A program made the position numbers and the translations under genes. Under the pieces are notes generated by a model. The model had not been told where the DNA came from, made no database searches, and saw only the letters and a program-made list of their open reading frames with translations. This document shows positions 49,284 to 57,667 of a stretch of 64,000 bases of DNA, one piece after another. The stretch comes from a bacterium. Its GTDB lineage: Bacteria; SAR324; XYD2-FULL-50-16. Every line of letters begins with the position of its first letter. Within the stretch, counting starts at the first letter, position 1. The stretch is taken from NCBI GenBank assembly GCA_032250835.1, contig JAVVEA010000003.1, forward strand, positions 57,458-121,457, read 5' to 3'.

Positions 49284-49604
49284 TTAACAACAGCTTTGCC
49301 CGCTCGCCGTTGGGGTGCAGCAAGATTCTTGGGTTGTCTCTGCTGCCTTTTTTTCTGGTTGCTTGACTTCACCAGCGGTCCCGAAGGCGGCTTTTTGGTT
49401 GAATTGGGCGTCCATGATTTCGGCGGCTTCGTCGCGGATGTGCCGGGCGATTTCCACCACCGCTTCAAGCTGGCTTTCGGGAATGCCCCATTCGCGCAGA
49501 CGCTCCAACTGGCAAAGCCCGTTTTTTGGGTGTTTGGCGGCAATATTGGCGGCTAAAGACACCATCGATACGATGGTTTTGTGCAATACCGGTTCTTCTG
49601 ACAT
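49284..49604 (-). CDS. Hypothetical CMD/AhpD-like helical protein with Cys-rich tail
   Basis: 106 aa after a GAGG RBS; ends SCCTPTASGQSCC; embedded in the ars operon. Confidence 0.7.
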   Translation of the reverse strand: MSEEPVLHKTIVSMVSLAANIAAKHPKNGLCQLERLREWGIPESQLEAVVEIARHIRDEAAEIMDAQFNQKAAFGTAGEVKQPEKKAAETTQESCCTPTASGQSCC

Positions 49605-49611
49605 AACACCT

Positions 49612-50649
49612 CTACAAGATGAGGTTAAACAAATACCCGACCAGCAAGATACCACTGGCCACGACGATGACAAAGGTAAAGATCAGGCGAGGCTTCAACA
49701 CCTTGCGCAGGATCAACATTTCTGGGGCCGAAAGGGCGATGACGCTCATCATGAAGGCTAAGGTGGTCCCCAAGGAGGCCCCTTTGGCGATTAAGGCCTC
49801 GACAATGGGGATGATCCCCGCCGCGTTGGTGTACATAGGCACCCCCAACAAGACGGCCACCGGCACAGACCACCAAACATCCTTGCCCATGATCGAAGCC
49901 ATGAACTCTTCTGGAACATATCCGTGGATCGCCGCACCCAGGGCGATACCGATGATGATATAACCCCAGACCTTCCCGACGATTTCTTGGACGTGTTTTA
50001 AGCCCGCCTCGAACCGTAGGTTCCAGGTGCTATGGGCAGAGAATTGTTGCGGTGCCGCGTTGGTCTGGATATTGCGCACCCATTCCTCTAGGTGTTTTTC
50101 CATCTTAAGTTTGCCGATCACCACCCCGGCCAGGGTGGCAATGCTTAGGCCCATGACCAGATACAACCCGGCCACCTTCCAGCCGAACATGGCAAAGAGC
50201 AGCGCCAGGGCGATTTCGTTGACCATCGGCGCGGAGATCAGGAAAGAAAAGGTGACCCCTAAGGGGACGCCCGCCGACAGAAAACCAATGAATAAGGGAA
50301 TGGCCGAACAGGAGCAAAAGGGAGTTACAATGCCCAATAGGGCCGCCAGCAGATTCCCCAGCCCCATCGGCTTATTGGCCAGCACCGCTCGGGTCCGCTC
50401 GGGGGCAAAAAAAGTCTCGACCACCCCCATGACAAACACGACCGCTACCAACAATAAAAAAACCTTGGGGGTGTCGTATAAGAAGAAGTGGACTGCCCCG
50501 CCCAGGCGGCTTTCCCCGTCGAGCCCGGTAAGGCCGAGCAAGAAGTCGGCGAGGTTGGTTAGCTGCGAATAGAGCATTACCCAAGCGGGAATTGCCACCG
50601 CAAGGCCGACCAGCCAAGGGGTGACGGGTTTTGGTAGGCTAGTTTCCAT
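49612..50649 (-). CDS. arsP: ArsP/DUF318 permease
   Basis: TPFCSCS, APMVNE, GVPMY and LSAPE motifs. Confidence 0.85.
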   Translation of the reverse strand: METSLPKPVTPWLVGLAVAIPAWVMLYSQLTNLADFLLGLTGLDGESRLGGAVHFFLYDTPKVFLLLVAVVFVMGVVETFFAPERTRAVLANKPMGLGNLLAALLGIVTPFCSCSAIPLFIGFLSAGVPLGVTFSFLISAPMVNEIALALLFAMFGWKVAGLYLVMGLSIATLAGVVIGKLKMEKHLEEWVRNIQTNAAPQQFSAHSTWNLRFEAGLKHVQEIVGKVWGYIIIGIALGAAIHGYVPEEFMASIMGKDVWWSVPVAVLLGVPMYTNAAGIIPIVEALIAKGASLGTTLAFMMSVIALSAPEMLILRKVLKPRLIFTFVIVVASGILLVGYLFNLIL

Positions 50650-51055
50650 ATTCGGTTACCAGTTGTTTGCAGGTTGCCTGGATCTCTTCGCGGACCCGGC
50701 GGAATCCTTGCAGCACCTCCGCTTCGGGGCCGACAAAATCAGCGGGGTCATCAAAGCCGATGTGGATGCGCTTTTGGACCTTCCCCGCAAAGGAAGGACA
50801 GCTTTCCTTGGCCCCGCCGCAGACGGTCCAAACCAAATCCCAGGGTTCAGATAGATAAAGCTCAACCGATTCGGGGGAATGGGCAGAAAGGTCTACCCCG
50901 GCTTCGGACATCACCTGTACCGCCTTCGGGTGTACGGCACCCGAAGGCTTGGTTCCGGCGGACCGAACCGTCCAATGGGGGGCCAAGGCTTGTAAAAAGC
51001 CCTCAGCCATCTGGCTACGGCAGGAATTTCCCGTACAAAGGATCAATACCTTCAT
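50639..51055 (-). CDS. arsC: Second arsenate reductase (LMWP type)
   Basis: [23 protein letters not shown] and FDDP motifs. Confidence 0.92.
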   Translation of the reverse strand: MKVLILCTGNSCRSQMAEGFLQALAPHWTVRSAGTKPSGAVHPKAVQVMSEAGVDLSAHSPESVELYLSEPWDLVWTVCGGAKESCPSFAGKVQKRIHIGFDDPADFVGPEAEVLQGFRRVREEIQATCKQLVTEYGN

Positions 51056-51400
51056 CTAGTCTCCGCATTGATAGCGCCCTTGAGTACTGCGGGCCGCCTC
51101 TTGGTCTTGTTTGATTTGTTCTTGGTCGCCGCCCCAGCTCTGTAACAACGACCGGAGGCTCAAAATCATGGGGTCTTCGGGCTGCTCCACCAAACGGTAA
51201 ATCACCCACTTCCCTTGGCGTTCGTCTTCCACAAAACCAGCGGTGCGCAGCAACCCCAGATGTTTGGACACCGTCGAGGGGGCCAGTTTGAGGATTTCTT
51301 GGATCTCGCAATTGCACAGCGGGCGGACCTCTAACATCTTTAAGATACGTAACCGGGTGGCATCGCCCAAGGATTTAAATGCTCTTTCCAGTGGTTTCAT
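51056..51400 (-). CDS. arsR: ArsR/SmtB repressor
   Basis: FKSLGDATRL, LCNCE (CXC site) and VSKHL. Confidence 0.92.
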   Translation of the reverse strand: MKPLERAFKSLGDATRLRILKMLEVRPLCNCEIQEILKLAPSTVSKHLGLLRTAGFVEDERQGKWVIYRLVEQPEDPMILSLRSLLQSWGGDQEQIKQDQEAARSTQGRYQCGD

Positions 51401-51550
51401 AACAATTCCTCTTTTAGCGAAATGATGAACCATAGACTCGCCAAAGTCAAGGGCGGCCCTGGTAGGTTGATTGTAGATTGTTGTTATAGTTGGATTGTTT
51501 TGGATTCTGGGAAATCCGTTAGCGCCGGTTTGGAACGGCTTGGCAGCGGT

Positions 51551-52066
51551 CTAGGGGTCTTCGGGCGGTTCCGAGGGGTCTTGGATGCGGCTGTAGAGGT
51601 GTTCGTAGACGCCCTTTTGCAGCCCTTTAAAGCTGCTTTCGAGCCAGCTGATCCCCATTAAAGTCAAGACGCTCAGGATGGATACCTTTAAGCCTAACCA
51701 TTGATGGCCCATCCCGACAATGGCTCCGATGGCCGCCAAAATCCAAATCGCCGCCGCCGAGGTCACCCCGACCACCGCGCCATCACGCGAAAACATCACC
51801 CCGGCCCCCAAAAAGCCAATGCCGGTGATCACTTGCCCCATCACGCGGGTGGGGTCCTGTCCCCAGCCGGGCCCTAGGGGGAGGGAGCGGCCTAGGGCGA
51901 TAAATACATAAGTACCCAAGCAGATCAGAATGCTGGTACGCATCCCCACCGGTTTGCCCTTAATCTGCCGTTCTAACCCAATCAAACTGGCGGCTATGAA
52001 GAGGCAGAGCAGGTCCAACCAGTTGAGCGGAGAAATATCCAGTAGGTGGTGTAAGTAAGCGGTCAT
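51551..52066 (-). CDS. MgtC/SapB family membrane protein
   Basis: IGLERQ, GMRT, DPTR and GIGFLGAG motifs. Confidence 0.9.
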   Translation of the reverse strand: MTAYLHHLLDISPLNWLDLLCLFIAASLIGLERQIKGKPVGMRTSILICLGTYVFIALGRSLPLGPGWGQDPTRVMGQVITGIGFLGAGVMFSRDGAVVGVTSAAAIWILAAIGAIVGMGHQWLGLKVSILSVLTLMGISWLESSFKGLQKGVYEHLYSRIQDPSEPPEDP

Positions 52067-52240
52067 GCTCAGCGATCCTTGGAGGGGTGTTAAGTGGTCT
52101 TACAATTTTTTAGGATAAGCTAGTCTGGGCGGGATGGCTAGCGATTCTAGCGGGCTTTTGGGCCTCTGGGGAGCCCTTTTGCTTGCGAACCCAAATAAAA
52201 TGTTTAGTCCCTAGACCGGGGGCCCTTGGCCATCGGCCCC

Positions 52241-52289
52241 ATTTGACTTGCATTTGACTTGTATTCCAATCCCTTATTGGCCCTATAAT
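52241..52289 (+). promoter_or_regulatory. Tandem regulator box plus -10 element
   Basis: ATTTGACTTG at 52241 and 52252 (11-bp period); TATAAT at 52284-52289. Confidence 0.5.
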
Positions 52290-52363
52290 GACCCTTAGCC
52301 ACCGCAGCCACTTTGGCTTGCTAGGGCCAACGCACAATCTCTTACCCCGCACTAAGGATTGTA

Positions 52364-52744
52364 ATGAAGTGGAATCAAGCCTTTGAGCTCAACCGGCCGG
52401 AAATCGACCGCCAACACAAGACCATGGTCAACCTAGTCAATAGTCTAGAGACGACCTTGCGCTTCAGCGACGCCCGCCCAATCATGGGGGAACTGTTGGA
52501 GACGCTGTTGCAATACGCCGAAGAGCATTTCCAGTATGAGGAAAAGGGGCTGGTCAACTGCCGGATTCAGGGGGTGCAAGACCACCTAGCCGAGCACCGC
52601 CGCTTCGGGAGCCAAATGCAGGCCTTCATCCACCGCTTCGAAGACGACGATCCCCAAGCCGGAGTCGAGCTACGCCGGTTTTTAGACCACTGGCTCCGCC
52701 ACCATATCTTAGATTCGGACCGCAAGCATATCCAGGCCTTTTGA
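52364..52744 (+). CDS. Bacteriohemerythrin
   Basis: IDRQH, HFQYEE, H...H and WLRHHILDSD iron ligands. Confidence 0.93.
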   Translation: MKWNQAFELNRPEIDRQHKTMVNLVNSLETTLRFSDARPIMGELLETLLQYAEEHFQYEEKGLVNCRIQGVQDHLAEHRRFGSQMQAFIHRFEDDDPQAGVELRRFLDHWLRHHILDSDRKHIQAF

Positions 52745-52940
52745 TCCAAGCTGAGCTACAAAGGTCCGGGAAAAGGGTTGGCTGATCAAGGGCGTTGCGA
52801 AGCTATGATCAGGATCTGCGAAAAGGGGTGTACTCGGGAGCTACCATTAGGTTATATTGATCGACAAATATAAACGGTCTCCGCAACTTAACGCGCTCCT
52901 TATTTGTCTCTCTGTGGCAACCCCTTGGCACAAAACCCTG

Positions 52941-54932
52941 ATGTTTGGCTGGCTACTGATCTGTGCGGCTGCCCTGGGTCTGTCCTGTCCAGCGCTGGCC
53001 GGAGGTGAGCCCTCATCTTTATTGGTGCGAAGCGGGCAGAAAGTGGCGCTGAACCCGCAGTTGTCTTACCGTTTAGACCCAGACGGCTCGCTGAGCTATG
53101 AAGCGGTCCGTGACCTCCCCTTTGCGCCCCTACCTGCCTCTGAGGGCGGCACCTATTCCTTCGGTTTTAACTCAAGTGCCGCTTGGTTTAAGCTGAACCT
53201 GCACACCGGGCCTAGGGTTGGCCCCATGCTGCTGGAGCAGGCGGTCTGGTATACCCAAAAGATGCAGGTTTGGCTGCGCCAAGGCAATAAAATCCAGTTT
53301 TTTGAGACCGGCAGCTCAATGCCCCAAAGCCTGCGTCCCATTGCCCACCAAACGCCCCTAGTACCCTTGGCCTTCGCGTCCAATCAAGACTATGAGCTGA
53401 TCCTCCGCATCGAGTCCGAACAAATGCTGGAGGCACAATTTTGGCTCTGGCCGGAGCGCGAATTTTGGGATGCCAGCAGCCGCGCTAGCTGGGTTCAAGG
53501 GATTCTTATGGGCGGCTTTTTGTTTATCTTTTTTTATAATCTCGTGCTGGCATTTGGTCTTTTAGATCGGACCTATGTTTGGTACGGGGCCTATCTCTTG
53601 GCGATGTTGGGGGTGTTTGGTTACATTTCCGGCTACGCAGCTTTTTATCTTTTCCCACAAAATCCTGAACTGATCCAGTGGCTCTATCCCTTTTGGCGGT
53701 TGGGTGTGGTCTGGGTGATCTTATCTTTTGTCCAAAGTTTTTCCTTATCTAAGCTACGCAGTCCTCGTTGGCATCGGGTTTCGAACTGGGCGCTTTGGGT
53801 TTTTATCCTTTGGGGCTTGAGCGCACCTTGGGTGACTTTTGCCCAGTTTCAGATCGGCATCAGCTTGCTGGCCCTTCCGCTAATTGTTTGCGCCCTGGGG
53901 ATCAGCCTGAATGTATACCGCCAGGGGTATTCGGAAGCTAAATACGTTGCCCTGGCAGCCACTTTATATGCCTTGATGTACGCGCTGGTACTGCCACGCC
54001 AGTTGGGTTGGACTCCGCAGGTCCGGTTTGGGCTGGTTTCCGGTGAGCTCTTGGCCCTGTTGGATGTGGGGCTTTTCGGTCTGGGTCTGTCTGGCAAATT
54101 CCGGCGGGTCCGTCAGGAACGCCGCATGGCCCGCCAAGCGCTGTTGAGCCAAGCCACGGAACATGCCGAACAATTAGAAAACAAGGTGGCCCAACGTACC
54201 GAGGCGCTGCAACAGAGCCAAACCGAATTGTTGCAAGCCAACCAAGCGAAGGAGCGGATCTTTAGCATCTTAGCCCATGACCTGCGCGGGCCTATCGGTA
54301 CCTTGTACTCCATCTTAAGGGCCGTGGAGCAGCAAGAAATCCCCTGGGAGCCTGAAACGCGCTCCCTAGCTGCCGACACGGCCCAAAGGGTTTATGGACT
54401 ATTAGAAAACCTGCTCTCTTGGGCTCAGTCCCAGCGGGGGCAGTTGACGGCCCATCCCGAAAGCTTGGATGCTGCCGAATTGCTCTTGGGGGCCCGCAAT
54501 TTTGCCTTGCAAGCCGCCCAAAACAAAGGGTTGAGCCTGCTGGTGGAGCCAGGAGAGCCGCTCACCGTTGAGGGCGACCGGGCGATGATGGACACGGTGC
54601 TGCGTAACTTGATTGCCAACGCCATCAAATTCACCCCGAGGGGTGGACAAATCACTCTTTCGGCTTTTCTGGACGGAGATTCGCCCTGCTTGGAGGTTAA
54701 GGATACCGGCCTGGGCATGAACCCGGCTCAAATAGACCAGCTCTACCAACGGGGTGAACTGATGGTTAGCACCTTAGGCACCGAACAGGAACCGGGCACC
54801 GGCTTCGGCCTGATGCTGGTCTGGGAACTGCTCGAAAAAAACCAAGCCCACCTAAAAATCACCAGCCAGCCGGGTCAAGGCTGCCAGATGAAGATTTGTT
54901 TTGGGCGCGAGGAGAATAGCCGGAAGGTTTAG
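52941..54932 (+). CDS. 7TMR-DISM sensor histidine kinase
   Basis: DISMED2-like periplasmic domain, 7 TM segments, AHDLRGP, NAIKF and GTGFGL. Start uncertain (52857-52941). Confidence 0.9.
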   Translation: MFGWLLICAAALGLSCPALAGGEPSSLLVRSGQKVALNPQLSYRLDPDGSLSYEAVRDLPFAPLPASEGGTYSFGFNSSAAWFKLNLHTGPRVGPMLLEQAVWYTQKMQVWLRQGNKIQFFETGSSMPQSLRPIAHQTPLVPLAFASNQDYELILRIESEQMLEAQFWLWPEREFWDASSRASWVQGILMGGFLFIFFYNLVLAFGLLDRTYVWYGAYLLAMLGVFGYISGYAAFYLFPQNPELIQWLYPFWRLGVVWVILSFVQSFSLSKLRSPRWHRVSNWALWVFILWGLSAPWVTFAQFQIGISLLALPLIVCALGISLNVYRQGYSEAKYVALAATLYALMYALVLPRQLGWTPQVRFGLVSGELLALLDVGLFGLGLSGKFRRVRQERRMARQALLSQATEHAEQLENKVAQRTEALQQSQTELLQANQAKERIFSILAHDLRGPIGTLYSILRAVEQQEIPWEPETRSLAADTAQRVYGLLENLLSWAQSQRGQLTAHPESLDAAELLLGARNFALQAAQNKGLSLLVEPGEPLTVEGDRAMMDTVLRNLIANAIKFTPRGGQITLSAFLDGDSPCLEVKDTGLGMNPAQIDQLYQRGELMVSTLGTEQEPGTGFGLMLVWELLEKNQAHLKITSQPGQGCQMKICFGREENSRKV

Positions 54933-55080
54933 ATAATCCTCAATCAGCCCCTCTCGTCTTCAAGAGCCCCATCCAGGGGCACAAAGTTTTCCAAATTTAC
55001 CATATTTTCTCTGGCTCTTAAGGGCTGCGCTGGGTTTACTCTGAGGGGTGAGGCTGGTTGTTTGAACCCAAGGAGGATAT

Positions 55081-55533
55081 ATGGGGCAAGGTTCGGTAGG
55101 CGAAGGGGTGGTCTGGACCCCGGACATGGAGCTAGGCAACGCGACGATCGACAGCCAGCACCGGGGGCTGGTGGAGTTGGTGGGGCTGCTGCAAGCGGCG
55201 CTGGGCCGTGAGGACCGCCGGGCTCAGGTAGAGCTGCTTTTTGGTCAATTGGAGCAATATGTTTTGATCCATTTTTCCTTTGAAGAAGAATGGATGATGG
55301 GCAAAAAGGTCCAGCATCTAGAGGCCCATCTAAAAGAGCACCGACAGTTTGAACGGACGGTGGCGCTGTTCAAGCAGCGCTTTGAGACCGGTGACCGGGT
55401 CGGTGAAGAAATGTCGAAATATTTGGTCCATTGGCTGCGCCACCACATCCTGACGGTGGACCGCGAATATGCCGAGCAATTACAGCTCCAGTCAGAATCC
55501 GGCACCGAACCGAAAACCTCACTAGACGTCTAG
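55081..55533 (+). CDS. Bacteriohemerythrin
   Basis: IDSQH, HFSFEE, HLKEH and WLRHHILTVD; AGGAGG RBS. Confidence 0.93.
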   Translation: MGQGSVGEGVVWTPDMELGNATIDSQHRGLVELVGLLQAALGREDRRAQVELLFGQLEQYVLIHFSFEEEWMMGKKVQHLEAHLKEHRQFERTVALFKQRFETGDRVGEEMSKYLVHWLRHHILTVDREYAEQLQLQSESGTEPKTSLDV

Positions 55534-55921
55534 TCCGCTTAGGCGAATTGGCTCCGGCTTGTTGGATTCCCAGGCAGGACACAGAGTCGGGGCCCTGGTG
55601 CTGGGCCGAAAAGGACCGGGCCTTCAGCCGATGATGTTGAAGGAGGCAGCGTTGGTGGGGTGCCCTGAATCTAGGCCCCAAGGCCGGTCTGGGCATCCTG
55701 GTTGGTTTGGGCAATCTTAAAGGTAAAGCACCGGGCCCTAAGTCTGGTTGATGGAGCCCGGCAAAGTAGCCGTCGGCCGCTTGTTTTTCTGGCCGGATCA
55801 CCCCACTGGGTTGCCATCACGTCCAAGGGCCCGATTGAGCGGTCTATTGCCCTTTGCTGGTTGGGTTGCTATAAATGGCGGCAATATCTGTGGGCGCTCA
55901 ACTTTTTTGATAGGTATTTCC

Positions 55922-57334
55922 GTGAGAAAATTACTGTTGGTGGTCTGGTTGCTCGGTGCGGTGGTGCCCAATCTTTGGGCTCAAGGCCCCAATGAGGCCT
56001 ACCAAAAACTGGCCGAAACTTTGGCCCAGCAAGAGGCTTTAAAGACGCGCCAATCCCTGATGGTTGAGGCGCGCTCACAACTGACCAAACAGGTGGACTC
56101 CAGGGCCCAGGAACTGGTTGGCGCGCTAATCCCTTATCTTAAAAAAGCAGGCTTCACCATCCTTTCGACTGAAACTGGGGCCAGCGGCAATGGGGCGAAG
56201 GTCGCCAATCTTCAGGTCACCTACGAAGACAAGAGCGGGCAAACGGTCCTGCGCGCCCAGGCGTTGGACTTCTTCAGCGGTGAAGTATTGGCCCAGGTTT
56301 TTTCGGTCTATCAGTCTGGTCCTACTCAGCCCGCGCCAGCCCCTAAGACAGGCCGGATCGCCCTATTAAACCCCTTTAGCGACCAGCTAACGGCCGGGCA
56401 GCGAAAAAACTGGGGTGACCATTTCCGCTGGGCCTTGAGGCAAGAAGGGGTGACCAATCTCTTGAGCGACACCGAGATCGACGCCGCAGACCCCAAGGAT
56501 GCGGCTTGCGCCGCCGATGACTGCATAACGCGCGTTGGTAAGGCATTGGGGGTGACCCAGGTGATCACCGTTAGGGTGATTCAATCTGGCGAGCAATCCT
56601 ACCGCATCAGTGCCAAACTCACCGACACCGCCCAAAACCGGTTGGTCACAGCCGCTTCGGTGAACCATAAAGGCGGCTTGACGAGCCTCGGCAAGTCTCT
56701 CGACGAGCTAGCCGCCCAGCTGGGGTACGGCTTGGCGAAGCAGTCAGAGGTGCAGCCCGTATATAGGAGCCGCTCAGATGATCAGGCCCAGGCACAGGAT
56801 AACAGCCAAATGAAGGTCCGCGCCTTCGGGCTTTTGTGGGCACCATCGATGAATATATATGTGGGAGACGATAAGCGACACTTTTATTATTCAGGCTCCG
56901 GCGGCGGCGTTAACTTGCTCTGGACGTCGATTTCAGCCACCTTTGCAGTCCAACAGGGCTATTATGATGCTAACTATTCCGATCCCTTTCCCGAGACGGT
57001 CCATAGCGGGGAATGCCTTGCTGTGGAGGGCAGCATCGACAAAAACTGGCATTCAGGAGAGCATTTAAACGGATGGAACGGGATGCTTGGGGTCGGTTGG
57101 GATTGGGCGCAGTGCAAAAACGTGATCGGAACGGATCGCCGGGATTTTATTGCGACTCGCTCAGGGGTACTGCTCCTGGCCGAAACAAAATACCTTTGGG
57201 ATAGCGGAATCATGTTCGGCGTTCGCCTGCCAATCCATTTTTATTATCATTACACCTTAGAAGGAATCAACAACCAGGATTATAAGTTCAGAAGCATTTC
57301 GACGGGCGGTTTGTTTTTGGGCTACTCCTTCTAA
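55922..57334 (+). CDS. Exported protein: coiled coil, CsgG/DUF2380-like domain, putative C-terminal beta-barrel
   Basis: GTG start with signal peptide; CAADDC...GKALG motif; ends LGYSF (BAM-type terminal motif). Confidence 0.7.
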   Translation: MRKLLLVVWLLGAVVPNLWAQGPNEAYQKLAETLAQQEALKTRQSLMVEARSQLTKQVDSRAQELVGALIPYLKKAGFTILSTETGASGNGAKVANLQVTYEDKSGQTVLRAQALDFFSGEVLAQVFSVYQSGPTQPAPAPKTGRIALLNPFSDQLTAGQRKNWGDHFRWALRQEGVTNLLSDTEIDAADPKDAACAADDCITRVGKALGVTQVITVRVIQSGEQSYRISAKLTDTAQNRLVTAASVNHKGGLTSLGKSLDELAAQLGYGLAKQSEVQPVYRSRSDDQAQAQDNSQMKVRAFGLLWAPSMNIYVGDDKRHFYYSGSGGGVNLLWTSISATFAVQQGYYDANYSDPFPETVHSGECLAVEGSIDKNWHSGEHLNGWNGMLGVGWDWAQCKNVIGTDRRDFIATRSGVLLLAETKYLWDSGIMFGVRLPIHFYYHYTLEGINNQDYKFRSISTGGLFLGYSF

Positions 57335-57398
57335 TCAGTGGGGCTTTGCGCGGACTTCAGACGGGGCTCGGCATAGCCCAAACGCCGCCGTGGCCAGC

Positions 57399-57520
57399 GT
57401 CTTGATGCTGCTAGAAACCAAATACCTCTGGGATAGCGGCATCATGGCTGGTTTGCGTTTGCCTCGTACAAGCTCTCTTCGATCACAACCGGCGGATTGT
57501 TTTTAGGTTATTCTTTCTGA
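57399..57520 (+). pseudogene. Orphan, internally deleted homologue of the upstream gene's C-terminus
   Basis: Translates as VLMLLETKYLWDSGIMAGLRLP / YKLSSITTGGLFLGYSF*. Confidence 0.85.
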
Positions 57521-57667
57521 TTGCCCGCAGCTATCCTGCTGCGTTAGCCGCCGAGGCTTCCCTGGGCGTTTCGAAAAATTTACGCCCCAAAAGTCCCTTT
57601 TAATTCCAACCGAACCATGGGATAATCGTTGAACCAAATTAATCTGGGAACCAATAAGGATTGCTCT

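Noticed and set aside
55534-55920. Gene or pseudogene in this intergenic gap
   Set aside because: Frames are interrupted and I recognise no motif; left unannotated.
57170-57520. DGR pair at the outer-membrane gene end
   Set aside because: Differences are largely synonymous, affect all bases and include an internal deletion, which fits an older homologue.
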